This document shows, one piece after another, positions 19,901 to 29,229 of a DNA stretch of 64,000 nt. Each line of letters opens with the position of its first letter. Within the stretch, counting starts at the first letter, position 1. The notes beneath the pieces were generated by a model that was not told the DNA's origin, made no database searches, and was given only the letters and a program-made list of their open reading frames with translations. The position numbers and the translations under genes are program-made. The DNA comes from Bdellovibrionales bacterium (GTDB lineage Bacteria; Bdellovibrionota; Bdellovibrionia; Bdellovibrionales; JAUICD01): positions 1,472,001 to 1,536,000 of the forward strand of contig OZ241865.1 in NCBI GenBank assembly GCA_965203275.1, given 5' to 3'.

Positions 19901-20122
19901 TTATCCTAGATTATTACTCCTTCTTCCATCAGGATTAGATACAGGAGTTTTTATTCCATTAATCTTTCTTATATGGTAACTAGGATACTTTTCACGCTCT
20001 ATTCCTCTGACAAATTGAGGTCTAGTCATCTTTTTGTGTGTTTTTTTATCAATAAAAAGCACATTTCGACCTGTCTCTGACTTTTTATCAACTTCGATTG
20101 CTTTTCTATTATTTTTTACCAT
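19901..20122 (-). CDS. Small DUF3892-like protein
   Basis: 73 aa ending SNPDGRRSNNLG; RBS AAGGGG. Confidence 0.6.
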   Translation of the reverse strand: MVKNNRKAIEVDKKSETGRNVLFIDKKTHKKMTRPQFVRGIEREKYPSYHIRKINGIKTPVSNPDGRRSNNLG

Positions 20123-20185
20123 TATTTACCCCCTTATATTATTAGTAATAACAAACATACCCTTTCACTTTAGAGCTTTATAAAA

Positions 20186-20567
20186 AAGTGTGTTCGATAG
20201 AAAAAAAGTCAAGGAGGTGGGCAAAAATAAATTTGATTTTTTTAAGAAAGGCAACAAACATTTGAATTTTTTAGTGAAGAAGCCACCATCAACAATATAA
20301 GCTATTCTGTCCATTTCAAAAAGCCTCTAAGAAACCTCTAAGCTTTATAAAAAAATGGGCCTAAGTGTCCAACCCTAAAGTTTATTAGGGAATAAGGAAC
20401 AGAGACCCGTGTATTTTCATATCTTTATATATAATCTTCGCCTAAATGATCTAAAAAGTCAAGAGGAATAGGCAAATAAATTTTTTAAAACAATAAAAGG
20501 CACCATTAACTCCATCTACTCCCCTATCGTAGAAGCTTAAAAACCTCAAATACCTTGACAAAATTGG
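20186..20567. repeat. Inter-cassette element, copy 2
   Basis: Matches copies 1 and 3; lies between the divergent CBASS and protease genes. Confidence 0.92.
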
Positions 20568-20639
20568 AACTATTCAATCAAATAAGAAACAGTTTTGTAA
20601 TTATACGTACATGAAAATATAACTAAAAAAGGAAAAAAT

Positions 20640-21311
20640 ATGATTACTTCTAAATATATTCAAAATACCTTTCTCATTAAACATGATAATAAATGCGGAT
20701 CTTGTTTTAAAGTTATTAAAACAAAAAAATATTCATATCTAATCACAGCAAAACATGTTATCTCAAAATTAAAAGATAATGATATTATAAAAATATATTT
20801 TAATAATCCTCATGGCTGGTATGATATAAAAGCCATTAAAATTCTTCATTGCGATGATACTGATATATCTATTTTTGTTTTTGATGATTCAAAAAAAACA
20901 TCAGTAACTTTTCAATTACCTATGAGTTCTAATCATTTAATTTGTGGTCAAGATATTTTTATTTTAGGATTCCCTCTTGAAATAACTCAAGATACAAGAA
21001 TACAAGATCAAGAATCTTCAACTCCCCTTCCTTTAATAAAGAAAGGAGCTTTATCAGGTATAACGCCCGTTGACAAGAAAACTATTTTTTATGTGGATAT
21101 ACATATTAATCAAGGATTTTCTGGAGGCCCCGCTTTATTTAAAAATCAATTTGATAATGAAATAAAAATTTTTGGCGTTGTTTCAAGCTACATCTGTGAT
21201 CAAATTAAAGGGAAAAACGTTTTAGCCAATAGTGGCATTGGCCTTGTTGAATGTATCTCTTCTGCCTCTAAAATTATTGAGCAGGCTAGGAAAGAACTAC
21301 AAGATACATAA
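20640..21311 (+). CDS. Cytoplasmic trypsin-like serine protease
   Basis: ITAKHV, DISIF, GFSGGP catalytic triad motifs; no signal peptide. Confidence 0.85.
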   Translation: MITSKYIQNTFLIKHDNKCGSCFKVIKTKKYSYLITAKHVISKLKDNDIIKIYFNNPHGWYDIKAIKILHCDDTDISIFVFDDSKKTSVTFQLPMSSNHLICGQDIFILGFPLEITQDTRIQDQESSTPLPLIKKGALSGITPVDKKTIFYVDIHINQGFSGGPALFKNQFDNEIKIFGVVSSYICDQIKGKNVLANSGIGLVECISSASKIIEQARKELQDT

Positions 21312-21349
21312 AGTCTCATTTAAAAGTTTAAGTAATAAATAAAAATACT

Positions 21350-22722
21350 ATGAAAAAGAAACAAAAATTAAATATCTTAAAAAGAGATAATTATAAATGT
21401 GGTATTCATTTAGGTGGTTGTGGTAAAAAACTTTCTCTTGATTCGATGACCATTGATCATATTGTTCCAAAAAATATATTGAAAGGATGCAAGGAGTATA
21501 AAAAACAATTTAAAAAGTACAAATTTATAGATAATGAGTTCTTTAATCTGCAACCTATGTGTTTAGAATGTAAAAGCAAAAAACAAGGCAATTTTCCTCC
21601 AAATAACATAGTAAAAAATGTTCTAATAAATGTTGCAATTTTATTTATCTTAAATATGAAAAAAAGAGTAAATATTATTTAGTCTTTATTCATTATCTGT
21701 TAAAAGATGCTGAAAATCTTCATTATTCAAACGAACCATCAGCAATGAACTGTGTAGCTTTTATATTTAATTTCATACAAATTCAATTCAAATATGCAGA
21801 TGGAAGTAAGTCACCACAAATATATATGTTAAGAGGTGAAAGTAAGAATTATGTAGGTTTTCAAAAGAATAAAGTGGGAGGTTTAGTTTCTGAAGTAGAT
21901 ATGATCAGAAACAACCAACAATATGGCCAAAAAGAAATATCCGAAGCTATAAAACATCTAAATATTCAGCTTAAAAGAATTGACAAACCAAGGTTGCTCC
22001 TAATTTCTGAAATAAGCCAGTGGCATATAAGAATAGCAGTGGAAGGAAATATTTCTGAGTATTCAAAAGCAATTAAAGAAAGTAAAAATAGTATTGAAAA
22101 ATACTATAGTGAATGCCACTCTTTTTATGGAGTTACTGTTTTATGTGAATTTCAAGGCAAAAAAATCATAGAACAACATCCTCTATCTGCTCAATATCTT
22201 TCTTTTGGAACTCAATTTCCAAATAAACCTCAATTGAAAGGTCAATCAACTCATGCATTAGTGTCAATAGATAAACTGAAAAAAGAGAATATAACAGATT
22301 ATTTATTGAAATCATATATCATATTTATATATCAATTATGGGAAACACGCTTTCGCTCTGAAATAGCAAATCATTTTGGTATTGAAAACACAAATGTAAG
22401 GTGTGATTTTTTTGGTGATTTAAGGGTGATAAGAAATAGTTTGATACATGAAAGTGCATCAATGTTAAGGAAAGATGTAGAAAATTTTAAAGTCCTCAAG
22501 TTTGGATTAAATAAAAATCTTACAAAAGGAATTTTAATCACGTCCCCTGCAATACTTGGACATATTATGGAACAACTCAACTTAATGCAAATAGATATAG
22601 CATTGAAAGATAAGTATATTACTTTCAAAATGTGTCCTGTTGTCGCTGATTCTATAATAAAAGGGCAACTACATTATCAGACAGAAACCAGACATAATCT
22701 AAATATAACCCCATTATTATAG
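21350..22722 (+). CDS. HNH endonuclease with C-terminal HEPN-like motif; apparent single frameshift at the A-run ~21613-21618
   Basis: RDNYKCG..CG..TIDHIVP..NLQPMCLEC; adding one A joins it stop-free to ORF 21745-22722, which has DLRVIRNSLIH (RX4H). Confidence 0.65.
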
Positions 22723-22843
22723 ATCAATTTTAGTTAGAGCTACTCATAAAAGAGGAACTCCTGTATGCGATTTTGAATTATCTGCAAATTCAGTAAATTG
22801 ACAAGAGTATTTAATAAATTCTTTTAATTCATCAATGTTTATT

Positions 22844-23269
22844 TTATCTATATTTGATAATTTTAGAAAGTAATGATTTTATTTTTGCAAAAAATCTAAC
22901 AGGCTTCTTTTCTTTTTCAATATTTAATTGTTTTTCTTGTATTTGATAATATTTCTCTTTTTTGAGTAAGTCTTTCCTTCTTCCTTCTAAAATTTCTTTT
23001 TTAGACCATCTTCTACTCCAAATAATATTACTATTTTTTATCCAATAGTGAGATTTACAATTAAAGCTCCAGTTTCCTATAGAAGGATCAAGTGAAATAG
23101 TATATCCATTATAGATAATTTTCCAATCTGTAGGACTTATAGGCGTGACGACTTCTTCACCACATCCACAAAAACAATTATGAGAAGCTGTATTATATTT
23201 TATAGAAATATAGATAATATTATCTTCTAAGACATTTGGAATATTTGTAACAAATTTATGTTTGATCAT
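22844..23269 (-). CDS. DUF6527-family protein
   Basis: HNCFCGCGEEVVTP, SLDPSIGNWSFNCKSHYWI. Confidence 0.8.
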   Translation of the reverse strand: MIKHKFVTNIPNVLEDNIIYISIKYNTASHNCFCGCGEEVVTPISPTDWKIIYNGYTISLDPSIGNWSFNCKSHYWIKNSNIIWSRRWSKKEILEGRRKDLLKKEKYYQIQEKQLNIEKEKKPVRFFAKIKSLLSKIIKYR

Positions 23270-24440
23270 CTACTTTGTCCTCATTTATTAAAGAATTGCA
23301 CTCTATTTGATATAAAGTAGTATACTCTTTACTACAATCAAAATAAAATTCGTTTATTTTTTTCCACTTTATTACAGCTAGGGAAGCATTAAGAGCATTA
23401 AGTTCAGCAACTTGAATATTTGTTGAATATGGATCATTATTGCCATCAGAATATGAAACTCTATTATCAAGATGATTTTTCTTATCTTTTGTGCATAGAG
23501 TAGTTCTTACATTACCAAGTATTTTTTGATCTTGATTACAAAGTCCCATTCCTACATCAATAAATGGTATCTCTTTATTGATGAGAAAATTGAATAATTC
23601 TTTTTTAACACATCCTTGATCTATACAGATGAAAACAAAGCTTTTTTCTGATAATTTATTAAACTTAGATGATTTAATATTATATGGATAAGAGATGATA
23701 TTTTTGTGCATTTTCGAATAAACTTCCTTTAAATAATTCGTTTTTTTGACTTTTTCATTTAAATTTTCCTTTGAAGCTACTCCAGGAGTTCTAAAGGCAT
23801 TATGATTTAAAAAAATATCACCATCAAATAAACTGATTTCTCTGACAGGTGTTTTTGCAACAAAATCTAAGATATAAGCTCCAGTTCCTCCCAAACCTAT
23901 AATGGCAATTTTTTGATCTTTTAACTTCATAGATATATTATTAATATTAGATTTACTTGAATTGGTATCTTTATACTGAAATACAGAATTATCCATATCT
24001 TTATCTTTAGATATAGATTGTCTAGAAGTTGCTGTCACAGAAGAGTCTATTGATTGAGCTGGATGAGAAATAATACGAACATAATTAGTTATTTTTTCAT
24101 AATAATCTTTATATCCCTCATTTGGCTTATTTGAAAATGAATATTGAATATCATAACCAGCAATATTTTCATTTTTTGATTCATTTCGAATTGACTCTAT
24201 AGGGTTCCCTTGATTATCACAAGGATACTCCCCTGTAAAGAAAATAACGTGGGTTTCTGGCTTAACTGTTTTATCTCCGGCTAGTGTTAAAGCTGATATA
24301 AGCTCACCGTATTTAATTTCTTTTTTGGAATTGATATATGGAATCTTATGAACAATTAGATAAGAATCCTTTATTTCAAGCTTATAACCATCTTCTTTAA
24401 GTTTTTTTAAATCAGAGCTATGATTTATCAGTTTTTGTGA
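23256..24440 (-). CDS. ThiF/E1-like adenylyltransferase with N-terminal DUF6791-like domain
   Basis: IAIIGLGGTG, LFDGD..HNAFR, FIDVGMG, NIQVAELNALNA; likely GTG start at SQKLINHS overlapping the Ubl end. Confidence 0.85.
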   Translation of the reverse strand, partial: SQKLINHSSDLKKLKEDGYKLEIKDSYLIVHKIPYINSKKEIKYGELISALTLAGDKTVKPETHVIFFTGEYPCDNQGNPIESIRNESKNENIAGYDIQYSFSNKPNEGYKDYYEKITNYVRIISHPAQSIDSSVTATSRQSISKDKDMDNSVFQYKDTNSSKSNINNISMKLKDQKIAIIGLGGTGAYILDFVAKTPVREISLFDGDIFLNHNAFRTPGVASKENLNEKVKKTNYLKEVYSKMHKNIISYPYNIKSSKFNKLSEKSFVFICIDQGCVKKELFNFLINKEIPFIDVGMGLCNQDQKILGNVRTTLCTKDKKNHLDNRVSYSDGNNDPYSTNIQVAELNALNASLAVIKWKKINEFYFDCSKEYTTLYQIECNSLINEDKVDDQT

Positions 24441-24711
24441 CACTAAACACCATCCCATCTTCAATATTTACTTCTTTGCCAGCTACAAGACTACCTTTTC
24501 TATCTGTTTGGATATGTGTATAGGTCACTGTATAAGCAATATCCGGATTATTAAAATCTGTATTGTCAAAAGCTAACTTTACAACATCTTCAAAGGTTAG
24601 CGTTCTTTTTGGAGGGACTTTATCCCTACCATTAACAATGATTTTCATTTTATTTTCTTGTTTTTCCTGATGATCAGGATTGCTTTTACCATTTTTTTCA
24701 ATATTTGACAT
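24418..24711 (-). CDS. Multiubiquitin-domain (beta-grasp) Ubl protein
   Basis: IIVNGR..LTFEDVVKLAF..YTVTY..GSL..G..V.IEDGMVFSVTKTDKS; RBS AGGAGG. Confidence 0.8.
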   Translation of the reverse strand: MSNIEKNGKSNPDHQEKQENKMKIIVNGRDKVPPKRTLTFEDVVKLAFDNTDFNNPDIAYTVTYTHIQTDRKGSLVAGKEVNIEDGMVFSVTKTDKS

Positions 24712-24777
24712 AAGAAACCTCCTATCAAATTAAGTTAAATTTAATGCTTTAAAGACAAATAAACCCTAATACTTATA

Positions 24778-25183
24778 AAGTGTGTTCGATAGAAAAAAAG
24801 TCAAGGAGGTGGGCAAAAATAAATTTGATTTTTTAAAGAAAAGCAACAAACATTTGACTTTTTAAAAGGCAAGAAATAGCTACCATCAACAATATAAGCT
24901 ATTCTGTCCATTTCAAAAAGCCTCTGAAAACCTTATAAACCTTAAAAACCTATAAGCTTTATAAAAAAATGGGCCTAAGTGTCCAACCCTAAAGTTTTTT
25001 ATTAGGGAATAAGGAACAGAGACCCGTGTATTTTCATATCTTTATATAATCTTCGCCTAAATAATCTAAAAAGTCAAGAGGAATGAGCAAATAAATTTTT
25101 TAAAACAATAAAAGGCACCATTAACTCCATCTACTCCTCCATCGTAGAAGCTTAAAACCCTCAAGTACCTTGACAAAATTTGG
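24778..25183. repeat. Inter-cassette element, copy 3
   Basis: Matches copies 1 and 2; directly upstream of the Ubl operon. Confidence 0.92.
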
Positions 25184-25252
25184 TCTATGTGATCAAATAG
25201 CAAGCATTCTTTCAACTATGCAAATGCAACAAAAACAATAGAGACTCTAAAA

Positions 25253-25608
25253 ATGAAAGAAAAGAAACGAGTAAAAACGGTGGTAATGGGAACACCAACA
25301 ATAAGAGCATTGTTAATAATGGCCAGCTCTTTACAAGAAGTCTCTGATTTGCTACTAAGAACATCAGAAACATTTGACAGTCAAACTTGACTGCTGATTC
25401 TCAATTAAAATCTATGGATATAATGTGGGGAACAAGTATTCTTTTACCTTTTATTTGTGAGTTAGGCTTAACATCATTATATTTATTAGACAATCAAGGA
25501 ACTCAAATGATTCCTAAAAAACATTCCTTATTGTATTGGTGGAATAGGTTAAAAAAAGATACTAAAGATAAAATAACACAACAATTTGAAAATGGTTTTA
25601 TAATATGA
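25253..25608 (+). pseudogene. Degenerate HEPN-like ORF (frameshift ~25385, truncated)
   Basis: MKEKKRV.. frame shifts into ..FICELGL..KKHSLLYWWNRL, resembling the HEPN E..L/H.L pattern. Confidence 0.35.
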
Positions 25609-25654
25609 TTTTAAATAATTGACTCAGATACTATTTATTGATATTTTTTATAAA

Positions 25655-25930
25655 ATGAAATGGCAGGTTAAAATTTCAAATAAAATGGTAAAGCGAATGA
25701 TTAAGCTTCCAAAATTAGTTAAGGAGAATCTTACTAAGCTCATAGTGGAAATGGAAATTTTAGGACCTGTAAGAGGCAATTGGAAAAATTATGGTAAGCT
25801 AGGAAGAAACAAACATCATTGTCATATCAAAACAGGCAAGCCCACTTATGTTATGTGTTGGAAAGTATTCAAAGAAAGAAAAATAATTTAGGTTTATTAT
25901 GTCGGAAGCCATGAAAAAGCACCCTACTAA
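25655..25930 (+). pseudogene. RelE/ParE-like toxin with in-frame TAG at 25889-25891
   Basis: W.V.I..GPVRGNWKNYGKL..HHCHIK..PTYV.CW; reading through TAG gives VYYVGSHEKAPY*. Confidence 0.7.
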
Positions 25931-26276
25931 AGACGAAAGAGTGTCTATTTGGATTGGAAATAAAAAGGCTAAATTATATCTTATTCCAAAGAAAAAGGCA
26001 AAAGCCTTGTCTGATATGTTAGAAGAATATAAAAGTGAAGAAAGTATTCCCTGGAGAGATGCTTTGACTGATTTGATCAGTGAAACCAGTCAACAAGCTA
26101 TCGTTTTGAGAGATTCAAGACGTGAAAAAAATCTATCTCAAAAAAAGTTGGCAAAAATTTTAAAGGTTGATCCTTCTTTTATCACTCAAATTGAAAAAGG
26201 TGAAAAAAAGATCAACAAGCCCCTTGCGAAAAAGTTAGCAGAAGTTTTTAATACAGATTATAGAATTTTCCTATAA
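25899..26276 (+). CDS. XRE/HTH antitoxin
   Basis: LSQKKLAKILKVDPSFITQIEKG; directly after the toxin. Confidence 0.85.
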   Translation: MSEAMKKHPTKDERVSIWIGNKKAKLYLIPKKKAKALSDMLEEYKSEESIPWRDALTDLISETSQQAIVLRDSRREKNLSQKKLAKILKVDPSFITQIEKGEKKINKPLAKKLAEVFNTDYRIFL

Positions 26277-26361
26277 CCTTATAAGAAGTCAAATATCTTA
26301 TACCTTAAAAAATAAACACAACCATCACCTCCATCTACTCCCCCTACTTTAAATAGATATT

Positions 26362-26490
26362 CTATTTTTTTAGTTTTCTAGAATTAAGCTCTAATTCAAT
26401 ATCTCCAGTGGTCTTTCTATCTGTCCAATATGAGCCTTTTAACTTTAGCTTTTGTTTTTCTGTGGAAAATTGAAGTTTTGCACTTCCATT
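26362..26490 (-). pseudogene. C-terminal remnant of a SMODS-associated 2TM beta-strand effector (Cap15-like)
   Basis: NGSAKLQF..LKGSYWTDRKTTGDIEL* (my translation). Confidence 0.55.
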
Positions 26491-26493
26491 TTT

Positions 26494-26682
26494 TTAAAAA
26501 GTAAAAATCAAAGTAAAGTAGTGGCAAGTTTTGTTAAATTCGTCTGTGTTTTTCTGAATAAGATATGTCACTTTAAGAGTTAGAAAAGAAATAATAAGAC
26601 CAGACAAAGCAATGCAAAGTGCTAAAACTGTCGCTATAAAGGTAAGAAAGACAATAACAAGAGGTAAATCGTGATCATCCAA
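26494..26682 (-). CDS. Short TM ORF downstream of the Panacea gene, likely truncated
   Basis: One long hydrophobic helix; starts 2 nt after the previous stop. Confidence 0.35.
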   Translation of the reverse strand: MDDHDLPLVIVFLTFIATVLALCIALSGLIISFLTLKVTYLIQKNTDEFNKTCHYFTLIFTF

Positions 26683-26684
26683 GT

Positions 26685-27215
26685 TTAAAGACCCCTGCTA
26701 TTTTTATCTAATTCTTCGGATTCTATCTTTTTATAATAAGCTTTAATATGATCATTTGGGATCTCTATGAAAGAATGATTTTGTCTATCAAAATACTCTG
26801 ACCATGGAGTTCCATTTTTATGTGTCAAGTCTGATAAACGTGAACTTGTATAATTTTTGTACTCTTTATAAACCTCATCCATTATCTTTATTTGAATTGG
26901 ATTAAATTTTTTCTTAAGATTTTCACTATCTATTTTTTCTATCTGAGCTATAGGAATAATTCTTCCATTTTTAAAAGTCATATCTCTAAACAAAAAAAAT
27001 ATTTCTGGAATGACAGGACCATACCACCACGCTTCAAAATTCTTATTAGATAATGGCTCACCTGTTCTAGCTAGGTGAATACCATGAGCAATATAAATAA
27101 ATTTAAGCAAGTGAGTTAAATAGAGAATAGTTCGAGCTTCATCTGTTTGATTAAGGTAAATAAAATATTTTGCAATGTTTAAAGGATTAACTCCTTCTGC
27201 TTTCATATCTTTCAT
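26685..27215 (-). CDS. Panacea/SocA (DUF4065) antitoxin-domain protein
   Basis: IAKYF, LLKFIYIAHG, FEAWWYGPVIPE, LSDLTH..TPW. Confidence 0.85.
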   Translation of the reverse strand: MKDMKAEGVNPLNIAKYFIYLNQTDEARTILYLTHLLKFIYIAHGIHLARTGEPLSNKNFEAWWYGPVIPEIFFLFRDMTFKNGRIIPIAQIEKIDSENLKKKFNPIQIKIMDEVYKEYKNYTSSRLSDLTHKNGTPWSEYFDRQNHSFIEIPNDHIKAYYKKIESEELDKNSRGL

Positions 27216-27323
27216 GCTATAACCTCCAGTTAATCAACATTTAAAATAGACTTATCTTCTTGATACTTTGTATTATATTATTATCATTATAGCAACGTTA
27301 TTATAAAAAATCAAACTGCTGAA

Positions 27324-27638
27324 AAAATCCTTAGAAACAAATTTAAAATAACTCTGATTGTTGTGTATAATCTAAGTGATTTTTAAAAGGCTTTTCTCTT
27401 TTTTTCAAAATAATTTCTTCTCCTATTGATTGATCTATAAGTTGCCTTAAATCAACCACTGCACCAAATTTTAAAAATGTACTAAAGAATTTTTTCATAT
27501 TTTTTAATCCTTGTTTAATATCTAAAAAGTCAAATAAAATAGGACTCATATATGGTAAGAACAGAGCTTGTTATCAGCAAATTGCATTAAAATAGATTGT
27601 ACTGTCAAGAAATACTAAAGAAAGGTCTTAAAAAGATT
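27324..27638 (-). repeat. Internally deleted duplicate of the MTase locus
   Basis: 27324-27502 matches 15500-15680; 27490-27638 matches 16283-16420. Confidence 0.85.
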
Positions 27639-27869
27639 TAAAGACTTAACAGAATGAATTAATTAGATTTAAGATATATATAGAAAGTAGAAAGAGCTAA
27701 AAATCATTCTAGCGAGTATGTTAGCAGTAACTATGACTCATTCTTTTGTGGTTCATACAGATATCAAAATCAACTAGCAGAAACAATAGACCATAAGAAC
27801 AAGCTTTATAAACTGCTACTAACCAGCCCGCTAGGGCAGAGCTTTATTAATAACAAGAAGGAGAAAAAT

Positions 27870-28199
27870 ATGAGATTTTTATTTTTAGTTTTAATAATAT
27901 GTTTGGCTTCAGTAGAAGCCAGAGCTGAAAGATCGGAAAGTCTATTTAAATACTTAGGTAGGCAGATTAAAAACATGGACGAAAGGATGACTAAAAATGC
28001 AAAAGCCAATAGAGCTGACTGGCGGAGAGAGAATTCCTGTATTAGAAGATGTTATCATAACCAGTTAGGTATTAAAAGGCCTTCAAAGGGTGTTGAAAGG
28101 AGAAGGTTTTTTAGAAAGAGAAATAGAATACTGAACAGGTGCAGGTCAGGTTGCATCCGCGAAAGGATGTTAAGAAATGAAGACATCCTCCCCTACTAA
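27870..28199 (+). CDS. Small secreted Arg/Cys-rich protein; 3' end runs into a repeat
   Basis: RBS AAGGAG; signal peptide; CIRRC, CRSGC. Confidence 0.55.
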   Translation: MRFLFLVLIICLASVEARAERSESLFKYLGRQIKNMDERMTKNAKANRADWRRENSCIRRCYHNQLGIKRPSKGVERRRFFRKRNRILNRCRSGCIRERMLRNEDILPY

Positions 28200-29225
28200 A
28201 AGTGGTCAGACAGCAAGCTTCTCTGAAGCTTGCCATGTAACAACACTAGGCAATGACCATTTTGTCAATGGCGAAATATCAAAGTGAAATAAACATTTTG
28301 TTTCCATAACATCGTGTTCATCTGGGATCCGGGATCGGGCAATCCGGCATCAAAAGGAAATTTTTCCTTAACATGGTGTTAAAAAATGAGGATATCCTCC
28401 TTCCTAAAATTGAACAGGCTTTTAAGGGTATCAGGCAGAAAAGGCATTTTGTTTCCTTAACATGATGTTGATCCGGGATCCCGGGATCCGGCAACCCGGC
28501 ATCAAAAAGAATTGTTTCCTTAACATCATGTTAAGAAACGATGAGATTCTCTCTACTCAAAGTGAACAGTCTTTCTAGGCGATGACCATTTTGTCAACGT
28601 GAAATAAACATCTTGTTTCCTTAACATCGTGTAAAGAGACAAGAGGATTCTTCCTATTAAAAATAAACGGATTTTTGAGGCAATCAGCCTTTGATCGACG
28701 GCGAGAGCCGTCGGGCTGATTGCCCAAAAACAGCCAGAGGCTGGTTTATTTTTAGTGAGACAAACGCGGTCATTGCCCGAGGTGTAAGAAGGAACTTTTT
28801 CCTTAACATAATGTTAAGAAATGAGGAGATCCTCCTTCCTAAAATTGAACAGGCTTTTGAGGCAGTTAGCCTTTGATCGACGGCGAGAGCCGTCGGGCTG
28901 ATTGCCCAAAAACAGCCAGAGGCTGGTTTATTTTTAGTGAGATAACGCCCAAAACACACCAGAGGTGTGGTTCATTTCAAGGGAAACAGAGGCTGGTTTG
29001 CTTTTAGTGAGACAAATGCGGTCATTGCCCGAGGTGTAAGAAGGAACTTTTTCCTTAACATGATGTTAAGAAATGAGGACATCCTCCTTCCTAAAATTGA
29101 ACAGGCTTTTGAGGCAGTTAGCCTTTGATCGACAGCGACAGCCGTCGGGCTAACTGCCCAAAAGTAGCCAGAGGCTAGTTCAATTTTAGGGAAACAGAGG
29201 TCAGACCACTTTTAGTGAAACAACC
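28165..29225. repeat. Cluster of multi-stem palindromic elements with GATCCGG-type heptamer tracts
   Basis: Several ~105-bp units and linker hairpins. Confidence 0.88.
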
Positions 29226-29229
29226 AGGC

